Part shown: positions 11,735 through 22,724 of the stretch, piece after piece
Position numbering within the stretch: position 1 is the stretch's first letter
How the letters are laid out: each line of letters opens with the position of its first letter
NCBI GenBank assembly: GCA_030390025.1
Contig: CM059433.1
Location: 22,384,001 to 22,448,000 of the forward strand
Direction of reading: 5' to 3'
DNA from: Squalus acanthias
Lineage: Eukaryota
DNA: 64,000 nucleotides
Notes under the pieces: model-generated
The model's input: only the letters and a program-made list of their open reading frames with translations
Database searches by the model: none
Told to the model about the DNA's origin: nothing
Position numbers and translations under genes: made by a program

Positions 11735-14732
11735 TACACCAAAACTGGATTTTTGCTGCCCGGCTTATTTCTTATTATAACTGAGGAAAAGCAATTGTTT
11801 GGCCAAAAACCATGGCAACAATAGCCAGATCCCAGCTTGCCTGGCCTGAGCCAGAGACTGCCAAATTCCTGCCAGCCCTCCACCACCTTCACCCATGTGT
11901 TAGCTCTAAGCTCAGGCCCCAGCCCCAGTGCTTTACTTTCTCTTTCACCTGTACTTCTTCCCCACTTCCAGGACACTCTGGCGCCACCCAATCCTGGTAG
12001 CTGCTTCCAACGTTAATGGGCTTTGACAGTGGTAAGGCATAAAAATGCAGTATGCCAGCAAATAAATATTTGTGAGAGCCATACAGAGACATTGGGAGAG
12101 ATATATAAAATATAGAAGATAAAGGAAAGGAGAGAATAAGAGTGATGATCAGAAAAAGAGTAAGACACAAACTGAGATACAGGCACCACAGTAAGACAAA
12201 TGTGATAGCTATGCAGGCAAAAAAGATTGAAACACAAAGACAGACAGAAAGGGACGCAAGCAGAGTGAGAAAGAAGAGGGGAAACTATTACAGCAAGAGA
12301 TTAACTCACTACATAATGACAGACAATTTGTTAGTGGTATGTAACATTGAGTCATGCTGAATCAGAGGTTATGCTGTTATGAAGGGTTGCTTTCAAAATT
12401 ACCTCAGAAAAAAATGAAGAGTTGAAGGGGGAAAAATATCCAGCGCTGCATGCCAAATCCTACCTAGTGTCGTCAGCTGGAGGAGCTCGAGCTCTGGGTT
12501 TAGGAGCTTGAGCAGCAGCTGGCATCACTACGGTACATCTGTGAGGCTGAGAACTACTTGGATAGCAGGTTTCAGGAGGTAGTCACTCCGCAGCGTAAGA
12601 ATGTGCAGGCAGAGAGGGAATGGGTGACCATCAGACAGACAAGGAGGACCAGGCAGGTAATGCAGGAGTCCCCTGAGTGCATCTCGCTCTCCAACCAGTA
12701 TTCAGTACTGAATATTGGTGAGGGTGATGGTTCCTCTGGGGAGTACAGCCAGAGCCAAGTCCAAGGCGCCATGTGTGGCTCAGGTGTACAGGGTGGGGAG
12801 GAAGAAGATCGGGAAGGCAATAGTGGTAGGTGATTCGATAGTTAGGGGAACAGACAGGCGTTTCTGCGGCCGCAGACGTGACTCCAGGATGGTATGTTGC
12901 CTCCCTGGTGCCAGGGTCAAGGATGTCCCTGAGCGGCTGCAGAACATTCTGAGGGGGGAGGGTGAACAGCCTCATATTGATACCAACGACATAGGTAGAA
13001 AGAGGATTGAGGTCCTGCAGGCAGACTTTAGGAAGCTAGGAAAGAGATTTAAAAGCAGGACCTCAAAAGTAGTAATCTCTGGATTACTCCCGGTGCCACA
13101 AGCTAGTGAGTATAGAAATAGGAGGATAGAGCAGATGAATGCATGGCTGGAGAGATGGTGCAGGAGGGAGGGTTTCAGATTCCTGGGACATTGCGACTGG
13201 TTCTGGGGGAGGTGGGACCTGTACTGGCCGAACGGATTGCACCTCAACAGTGTCGGAACCAATGTCCTTGCGGTGGGGTTTGCTAGTGCTGTTGGGGAGG
13301 ATTTAAACTAATTTGACAGGGGGGATGGGCACCAGGATGTAGCATTAGAAAGGAGAAACAAGGTGCACAAAGGATGGGAGAGACAGGTAGCACTAGAGTA
13401 AGAAACAGTAAGCTATTAGGTGGGGTCAGACTAAGAGAGAATACAAGAAGGTCTAAGACAGGTTTACAGTGCATGTGTGTAAATGCACGAAGTGTGGTAA
13501 ACAAGGTAAGTGAGCTGCAGGCGCAAATAGCTACATGGGAATATGATGTTGTGGCGATAATGGAGACCGGGCTCAAAAAAGGGCATGATTGGGTTTTAAA
13601 TATTCCTGGATATAAGGTGTTCAAGAAAGATAGGGAAGGAAAGGAGGTGGGGTTGCAGTATTGATTAAGGAGAATGTTACAGTGCTGGAGAGAAAGGATG
13701 TCCTGGAGGGGTCAAGAACAGAATCCATTTGGTTAGAGTTAAGAAATAATAGAGGTGCCATTAAACTACTAGGTGTATTCTATAGGCCACCAACTAGTGG
13801 GAAGGATATAGAGGAGCAAATTTTCAGGGAAATTACAGAGAGGTGCAAGAAATATAGAGTAGTAATAATGGGGGACTTCAATTATCCTACTATAGACTGA
13901 GATAGTAATAGTGTAAAGGGCAGAGAAGGGGAAGAATTTCTGAAGTGTGTTCAGGAGAACTTTCTTGATTAGTACGTTTCCGGCCCAACGAGGAAGGAGG
14001 CATTGCTTGATCTGTTTTTGGGAAATGAGGTGGGTCAAGTGGAGCAAGTGCCAGTGGGGGGACAGTTAGGGAACAGTGATTATAGTATCATAAGGTTTAG
14101 ATTAGCTATGTAAAAGGACAGGGAGCAATCTAGAGTAAAAAATACTTAATTGGAGGAAGGCAAATTTCAGTGGGTTGAGAATGGATCTGGCCCGGGTAAA
14201 TTGGAATCAAAGATTGGCAGGCAAAACTGTAATCAAACAATGGGCTGCCTTTAAAGAGGAGCTGGTTCGGGTACAGTTGAGGTACATTCCCACGAGGGGG
14301 AAAGGTAGGGCAACCAAAGGCAGAGCTCCCTGGATGATGAAAGAGATAGAGAGTAAGATGAAGCAGAAAAAGAGCACATATGACAGATGTCAGGTTGAGA
14401 ATACAAGTGAGAATCAGGCTGAATATAGAAAGTTCAGAGGGGAAGTGAAAAAGAAAATAAGAGGGGCAAAGAGAGAGTATGAGAATGGATTGGCAGCTAG
14501 CATAAAAGGGAATTCAAAAGTCTTCTATATGCATATAAATAATAAATGGGTAGTAAGAGGAGGGGTGGGGCTGGTTAGGGAGCAAAAAGGAGACCTACGC
14601 ATGGAGGCAGAGGGCATGGCTGAGGTACTAAATGAATACTTTACATCTGTCTTGACTAAGGAAGAAGATGCTGCCAAAGTCATAGTGAAAGAGGAGGTAG
14701 TGGAGATACTGGATAAGATAAAAATTGATAGA

Positions 14733-16522
14733 AACATAGAAACATAGAAAAATAGGAGCAGGAGTAGGCCATTCGGCCCTTCGAGCCTGCTCCACCATTC
14801 AATATGATCATGGCTGATCCTCTATCTCAATACCATATTCCCGCTCTCTCCCCATACCCCTTGATGCCTTGTGTGTCGAGAAAACTATCTATCTCCTTCT
14901 TAAATATATTCAGTAACTTGGCCTCCACAGCCTTCTGTGGTAGAGAATTCCACAGGTTCACCACCCTCTGAGTGAAGAAATTTCTTCTCATCTCAGTCCT
15001 AAATGTCCTACCCCATATCCTGAGACTGTGACCCCTCGTTCTAGAACCCCCAGCCAGGGGAAACATCCTCCCTGCATCCAGTCTGTCTAGCCTTGTCAGA
15101 ATTTTATATGTTTCAATGAGATCCCCTCTCATTCTTCTAAACTCTAGTGAATACAGGCCTAGTCGACCCAATCTCTCCTCATACGACAGTCCTGCCATCC
15201 CAGGAATCAGTCTGGTGAACATTCGCTGCACTCCATCTATGACAAGTATATCCTTTCTTTGGTAAGGAGACCAAAACTGCACACAGTACTCCAGGTGTGG
15301 TCTCACCAACGCCCTGTGTAACTGTAGTAAGACATCCTTGCTCCTGTACTCAAATCCTCTTGCAATGAAGGCCAACATACCATTTGCCTTCCTAACTGCT
15401 TACTGCACCTGCATGTTTGCTTTCAGTGACTGGTGTACAAGAACACCCAGGTCCCTTTGTACATCAACATTTCCCAATCTATCACCATTTAAATAATACT
15501 CTGCCTTTCTGTTTTTCCTACCGAAGTGGATAACTTCACATTTATCCACATTATACTGCATCTGCCATGTATTTGCCCACTCACTCAACTTGTCTAAATT
15601 GCCTTGAAGCCTCTTTGCATCCTCCTCACAACTCACAATCCCACCTAGTTTCATGTCGTCAGCAAACTTGGAAATATTACATTTGGTTCCCTCATCCAAA
15701 TCATTTATATATATTGTGAATAGTTGGGGCCCAAGCACTGATCCCTGCGGTACCCCACTAGTCACCGCCTGCCACCCCGAAAAAGACCCATTTATTCCTA
15801 CTCTGTTTCCTGTCTGTTAACCAATTTTCAATCCATGCCAGTATATTACCCCCAATTCCATGTGCTTTAATTTTGCACACTAAACTCTTATGTGGGACTT
15901 TATCAAAGGCCTTCTGAAAATCCAAATACACCACATCCACTGGTTCTCCCTTATCTATTCTACCAGTTACATCCTCAAAAAACTCCAGTAGGTTTGTCAA
16001 ACACGATTTCCCTTTCATAAATCCATGTTGACTTTGTCTAATCCCGTTGATATTTTCTAAGTGTCCTGTTATCACATCCTTTATAATAGGCGCTAACATG
16101 TTCCCTACTACTGATGTTAGGCTAACCGGCCTGTAGTTCCCTATTTTCTCTCTCCCTCCTTTTTTAAATAGTGGGGTTACATTTGCCACCCTCCAATCTG
16201 CAGGAACTGTTCCATAATCTATAGAATTTTGGAAGATGACAACCAATGCATCCGCTATTTCCATGGCTACCTCTTTTAGTACTCTGGGATACAGATTATC
16301 AGGCCCTGGGGATTTATTGACTTTCAGTCCCATTAATTTCTCCAGCACAATTTTTTTACTAATACTAATTTCCTTTAATTCCTCCTTTTCACTAGACCCT
16401 TGATTCCCTACCATTTCTGGGAAGTTATTTGTGTCCTCTTCCGTGAAGACAGAACCAAAGTATTTGTTTAATTGCTCAGCCATTTCCTTGTTCCCCATTA
16501 TAAATTCTCCCGTTTCTGACTG
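14733..16522 (-). mobile_element. 5'-truncated CR1 (RT and 3' end), antisense inside the host CR1
   Basis: ORFs 15758..16615, 15400..15765 and 14827..15378 give RT motifs (YLDFQKAFDKV, PQGSVLGP, FADD). Tail reads (ATAGAAAC)n on plus. TAGA duplicated at 14729 and 16523. Confidence 0.93.
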
Positions 16523-16565
16523 TAGAGAGGAGGTACCAGAAAGGCTGACTGTACTTAAAGTTAAT

Positions 16566-17306
16566 GGCCCGAAAATTAGACCTAATACGCGAGAGTACGC
16601 ACTGTGTACTCTCACGTTTTAGGTCTCCAATTGCTGGTTTCTTGCATGCACTGCGCATGCGCGGGAAACCGGCACTTCGTGAATTCAAAAGGGGGCGGTT
16701 CCTAAGTGAACCGCGTGCGCGCTACAGGCTGCGCGCACGCAGTGCACTTAGTGCTTTGAACGCGCAGGTAAGCATGGAAGATTTTACACATAAAGAAAGG
16801 AGGCGTAAGACCCTCTTTTAACAAGGTAAGTAGTTAATTAAGTATTATTTTAAATTTTTTTCAACAGATTTATCTGTTTTAGAGACTTTAAAGAAAGGTA
16901 AGTTTATTTTTATAACTTTTAAAAAGATTTTAAATTTTTTCAAAAATTTAATTTTTTGTTTAAAGTGGTTAATTTATTTAACTATACTTATTTTATTAAT
17001 GTGATGGCTTTTTTTTTAATTTAATTGAGGTTTAGCTGTTCTTTTGGGGGGGTATAGATTCATAGCTTTGACAGGTCTTCCTGTCAAAACTATGAATGAA
17101 AGATGGTGTGCTGCCATTGGCTCTAACTGAATCACGTGATCCCAGAGCTCGCACGAACTAATTGCGTCTCTGGGTCACGCAAGCACTGCACAGCTGCAGC
17201 CTTGAAACTAAAGTTCGTGTGGGCCCGGAGGAAAAAGTTAGGCGCGGAGTGAGATATCGCGGGGAAGCCTTACCCCCGTGTGAACACAGTGTTTAATTTC
17301 TGGGCC
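16566..17306. mobile_element. Harbinger-type MITE
   Basis: TIRs GGCCCGAAAATTA / TAATTTCTGGGCC with imperfect 3-bp flanks AAT/TAT. It interrupts the CR1 motif LKV / KSPGPD. Confidence 0.85.
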
Positions 17307-18131
17307 TATAAGTCACCAGGACCGGATGAGATGCATCCTAGGATGTTGAGGGAGGTTAAGGAGGAAATCGCGAAGGTACTGGCCATAATCTTCCAATCTC
17401 CCTTAGATACGGGGGTGGTGCCAGAGTACTGGAGAATTGCAAATGTTACATCCTTGTTCAAAAAAAGTGTGTAAGGATAAACCCAGCAACTACAGGCCAG
17501 TCAGTTTAACCTCGGTAGTGACGAAGCTTTTAGAAATGATAATCAGAGACAAAGTTAACAGTCACTTGGACAAGTTTGGATTAATTAAGGAAAGCCAGCA
17601 CAGATTTGTTAAAGGCAAATCGTGTTTAACTAACTTGATCGAGTTTTTTGATGAGGTAACAGAGAGGGTGATGAGGCCAATGCAGTTGACGCGGTGTATA
17701 TGGATTTCCAAAAGGCGTTTGATAAAGTACCACATAATAGGCTTGCCCGCAAAGTTGAAGCCCATGGAATAAAAGGGACAGTGGCAGACTGGATACAAAA
17801 TTGGCTAAGTGACAGGAAACAGAGAGTAGTGGTGAACGGTTGTTTTTCAGACTGGAGGAAGTTATACAGTGGTGTTCCCCAGGGGTCAGTACTAGGACCA
17901 CTGCTTTTCTTGATATATATTAATGACTTGGACTTGGGAGTACAGGGCACAATTTCAAAATTTGTAGATGACACAAAACTTGGAAGTATAGTGAACAGTG
18001 AGGAGGATAATGATAGACTTCAAGAAGACACAGACAGACTGGTAAAATGGGTGGGCACGTGGCAGATGAAATTTACTGCCGAAAAGTGTGAAGTGATACA
18101 TTTTGGTCAAAAGAATGAGGAGAGGCAATAT

Positions 18132-19265
18132 TGTGAAGTAATAAGCCATATAACCTATTCAGAAAAATACACTATCTTATGAACGAATTCTGGCCTTATT
18201 AAAACATGACAAACTGGGTTTGGAAATTTAGAAACATAACTATGAAATAGCTATGAAAGCATTCTGGCTATTGAGATAAGATAGTAATTGACCCTGATTA
18301 AATAACCTTATTGAAACAGAAGGTGAAGGACTCTGACAGGCTGAACTTCTGGGGAAAAAAACAATGGTTCACCCTGGATAAGTTGTTCTAATTTACACTT
18401 CGTAAAGAAGCACATAAGATAAGGAACATCTGCCCTCGTAAAGATGACATAAAGTAAGTAACACCGGCCTCACACTGTTTTTTATATGGTAAACGTAGAA
18501 CACCTAGAGATGAAACATGAGTCTGGCTGAGGTGGCTGTAAGAGTTGCAGAGGTCGGCAGAAAAATGACTAGAGATAATTAGCTTGCATCAGCAGAAAAC
18601 CTTAAAGGAAATACCACTGGAAAAAGGTATAAATATTGAACTCTCAAATGGGATAACAGACTCGCTTTAATCGGGCAAAGCGATTCTCGGCTTCAGAGGT
18701 GGCTCTGTAGTCTCCAACTGTTTGTACCTCGGGGATCAAAGGTATTTAATATTGGTGGATATCCTGTAGAACTTTAAGAACTGTAATACTGTAGTGAAGT
18801 TAAGATTTAAAAGTAAGATTCTCTGTTAAAAAGATCATATGTTTTTTCTCTTTTTGGAACTGTAAATGTTGCGATTGACTCACCAACTGTAAATTGCATG
18901 TCGGTTCTTTAATAAATCTATATATTTTTAGAATTGTCTCACGTAAGACTTCTGTATCAAAAACTCGCAAACTCAATCTCTGTACACTCTTTGGTGAGGA
19001 GTTGCAGAATTCTGAGGGAGTTTTCCGGACCCTCATAATATCCGGAACGTTACAGTTTAGCTAAACTTATTAAAAGCGCTATCTGGAGGACGGTAACATT
19101 CTCGGGTTGTTCCTTTCATTTAGGGAGAGATAGTCTGGACCTTTAGACCCAATTAAGCGTCTTTAGGATTCAGCTACCTCAAATTTTAGTTGAAAGTGAA
19201 CGTCTGAGAAATATGCCTGATCCGGGGTAGCCCTAAAGGGGCTAGGACTAGTAAAAATCCCTTCA
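18132..19265 (+). mobile_element. Solo LTR, 1134 bp
   Basis: TG...CA ends (TGTGAAG...CTTCA); TSD ATAT at 18128-18131 and 19266-19269; TATAAATA at 18628; AATAAA at 18911; cleanly interrupts the CR1 RT. Confidence 0.85.
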
Positions 19266-20093
19266 ATATAAACTAAAGGGTACAATCCTAAAGGGGGTGC
19301 ATGAACAGAGAGACCTGGGGGTATATGTACAAATCGTTGAAGGTGGCAGGGCAGGTTGAGAAAGCAGTTAAAAAAGCATATGAGATACTGGGCTTCATAA
19401 ATAGAGGTATAGAGTACAAAAGCAAAGAAGTTATGATGAACGTTTATAAAACGCTGATTCGGCCTCAACTGGAGTATTGTGTCCAATTCTGGGTGCCGCA
19501 CTTTAGGAAGGATGTGAAGGCCTTAGAGAGGGTGCAGAAAAGATTTACGAGAATGATTCCAGGGATGAGGGACTTCAGTTACGTGGATAGACTGGAGAAG
19601 CTGGTGTTGTTCTCCCTAAAGCAGAGAAGATTGAGAGGAGATTTGATAGGGGTATTTAAAATCATGAGGGGTCTAGAAGAGTAGATAGAGAGAAACTGTT
19701 CCCGTTGGCGGAAAGATCGAGAACCAGAGGACACAGATTTAATGTGATTGGCAAAAGAACCAAAGGCGACATGAGGAAAAACTTTTTTTACGCAGTGAGA
19801 AATTAGGATCTGGAATGCACTGCCTGAAAGGGTGGTGGAGGCAGACTCAATTGTGGCTTTCAAAAGGGAATTGGATAAGTACCTGAAGGAGAAAAATTGC
19901 AGGGCTACAGGGAAAGGGCTGGGGAGTGGGACTCGCTGAAGTGCTCTTGCAGAGAGCTGGCACGGGCTAGATGGGTCAAATGGCCTCCTTCTGTGCTGTA
20001 ACCATTCTATGATTCTATTCTATGATTCTATGATAATATTCTATATTCTCCGTGAAAAATGCCACAGGAAATTTATATATTGTTAATTCATAG

Positions 20094-20131
20094 CTGTTTG
20101 AGAGAAATTTGCTTTGAACTCCTCCTTTATG
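20094..20131 (+). other. Candidate 38-nt internal exon
   Basis: TTAATTCATAG acceptor and G/GTAAGT donor; reads CLREICFELLLY; phase-compatible with the 10634-10668 candidate. Confidence 0.25.
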
Positions 20132-20682
20132 GTAAGTGAAAATAATTAACGCCATATATTTACTATAGGATATTGTTAAAGTCTCCTATTCAGTAACTTT
20201 GGGAGGCAAAAGTCAGAATAGCACTCAACACATTCGTGATAATATTTAGTCTAGCTGTAATATTTGTGTTGATTTACTACCATTCAGATAATGGCTGTCT
20301 TGGCATTAAACTTTATTTGGGTGATATTAGCACCATTTCTCATTTTCCAACATAGGATTAATATGGTGATAAATCTTTATGTCAGTGAACTAACAATTTT
20401 TAATTTAGTTGTTTTGGGGGCAGATAGATCCAATTAAATTCAGGAATGCTGCATTTTCTGATTAGTTATGTGACACCTCTGGAAGTATAAGTGACACTTG
20501 AACCAAGAAATCATCTTGGCTGCTGGAGTAAAGTCAATTTTACTTCCTTTTTAAATTGTTCTGAAAATGTCGTTGAAAGGAGTGACATACCATTCTGGCA
20601 GCCGTTGATGCACTCTGCATTAAGAAAGGTGCTTTCTCCAAAAATGGTGCAAGTTGCCTTTTGTCCAGCACTTTCTATTGTT

Positions 20683-21046
20683 TCAGTGCAGTACTGAGGG
20701 AGTGCTGCACTGTTGGTGGGGTCTCTTTCGGACGAGACGTTAAACCAAGACCCCGTCTGCCTACTCGGGCAGATGCAAAAGATCCCACGGCACTTTTTGA
20801 AGAAGAGCAGGAGAGTTCACCCCGGTGTCTTGGCCAAAAATTTATCTCTCAACCAACACCACCAAAAACAGATGACCCAGTCATTTATTTCATTGCTGTT
20901 TGTGGGAGCTTGCTGGATTGAAATTGGCTGCCACCTTTCCTATATTACAACAGTGAGCACACTTCAAAAATACTTTGTTGGCTGTAAAGCACTTTGGGAT
21001 GTCCTGAGGTCGTGAAAGGTGCTATATAAATGCAACTCTTTCTTTC
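20683..21046 (+). mobile_element. 5'-truncated Deu-type SINE (SacSINE1-like)
   Basis: Aligns by eye with the body and tail of the full-length copy at 40810-41274. Confidence 0.85.
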
Positions 21047-21404
21047 ATTCTTTCAAATGAAAATCCTCAGAATTTGGTTAGCTTGTGCTAATAATCTCCA
21101 TCATATATTTTGTTTTGAAAAGGTATCCTGAAAATGCTGAACATTAAATGAAAAGTTTGTGTTCACTCTCAGTGCATTAACCCCCATTCCCCCGGCAGTT
21201 TTCTGTGTAAGAAGTGATTCAGATATATTAACACTTTGAGCACATTCAAAATAATCTCCGGAGGGAAATGGCCTTGGCGATTCAGAGAGAAATTATGCAG
21301 TAATCAAGTCGAACTCCAGAATATCTATCCATCCACGTAACTTCACTATTGGTTGGTTGCCTTCCACAGACAACATTTCCTTGATTTCAGCAGCACACAA
21401 ACTA

Positions 21405-21942
21405 TCTCTCTCCACGGATGCTGCCTGGCCTGCTGAGTTTTTCCAGCGTTTTCTGTTGTTATTTCGGATTTCCAGCATCCGCAGTATTTTGCTATCGTAT
21501 TAGTGTTTGGTTCACTGCCACCTCTCTTCTAGGAATGCCTACCTTGAAGAAGTTCTGCTCTTCTCTTCGACGGGACTTCCGTTTGTCTCTTCAACCTTGT
21601 TCATCTTCATTGCTTTCAGTTTCCTCAACCTGTCCCATTTCCACCTCCTCTTGCCTTGAATATCTCTTAACGTCTCTCAATGTCTCTTAATCTCTCCTGC
21701 TTTCTATCCTATCACTGACCTTCCCTTTTGTTCTTTCAGCCCCTCCCCCCCTTTCCCAGCCCTAAACTTGCTTTAAAATCTATTTCATTTCCTGCTTTTT
21801 TCCAGTTCTGACGAAAGGTCTTCGACCTGAAACGTTAACTCTGCTTCTCTCTCCACGGAGGCTGCCTGGCCTGCTGAGTTTTTCCGGCGTTTTCTGTTGT
21901 TATTTCGGGTTTCCAGCATCCGCAGTATTTTGCTATCGTATT
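21405..21942 (+). mobile_element. Internally deleted Penelope-like element with direct terminal repeats
   Basis: A ~97-bp direct repeat at 21405-21501 and 21846-21942 brackets an ORF start MPTLKKFCSSLRRDFRLSL (ATG 21535) fused to pyrimidine-rich 3' sequence. Family name from memory. Confidence 0.6.
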
Positions 21943-22724
21943 TATATAGTGTTTTATAGAGTATTTGATTATCTCTGTCGATACTTATTCCTATAATCTT
22001 CAATCCCATTCTCAAACAGATAGGATAAATGAGAATTTCACTGAGATCTTGCTAGCATTAATTACATATGCATTAATAAACAATGCTCACATCTTTCAAT
22101 GTGTGGATTCATTTTTTTTTCTATTCCATTAATACTTATTCTGCAAAATAGTCATAGAAAATTCATCAAGCTATTATCCTCTGCTCATACTGCACAAGAA
22201 GATGCCAAAACTGACAGTTCTTCATCCACCAACACAGAAATTGCATGGACAGTTTTCTACATGATGCCTTAATTACGTGATGTTTCTGCTCCTGTGTGCC
22301 ATCAAAGTGCTTTGTTCTTGCTAAGGAAAATACTTAATATTCATCACAAAGACCCATTAATCATTCCTTAACTGACAACGGTGGAGAACTGAGGAATTCT
22401 CTGTTAACCAAAAGCTTTGACTTCTAAATGGTGTTAGCTACAGGCCCTGCAAACAGAGAGCAATAAGGGCCGTGTATGCCGAATGTACTATGTTCACTAC
22501 TATTATTTCCATCCAGAGATGATTTTTATGGTTTAAAATAACTTTGAAAGCTACCTCCTGCCATGTCAATTAATTTCCTTAATAGAGGATCGCCAGATTT
22601 TTAAGTAACTTTCAGATAATAGAATATATGTTTATTTACTCTTGGTTGGAATTTAATCCTATTTTTTCTGCACATAGAGTTGTTTCATGAAGAGATCCAT
22701 CATATCACACCTTTAAAACATCAC

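Larger units (their letters stand above)
12447..20035 (+). mobile_element. Long CR1 LINE, disrupted, host to three nested insertions
   Basis: ORF1 esterase (VVGDSIVRG, TNDIG, GLHLN) 12715-13311; endonuclease from ~13470; RT pieces at 17307-18131 (PQGSVLGP, FVDDTKL) and 19266-19900; ATTCTATG tail. The sequence is continuous across each insertion. Confidence 0.92.
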
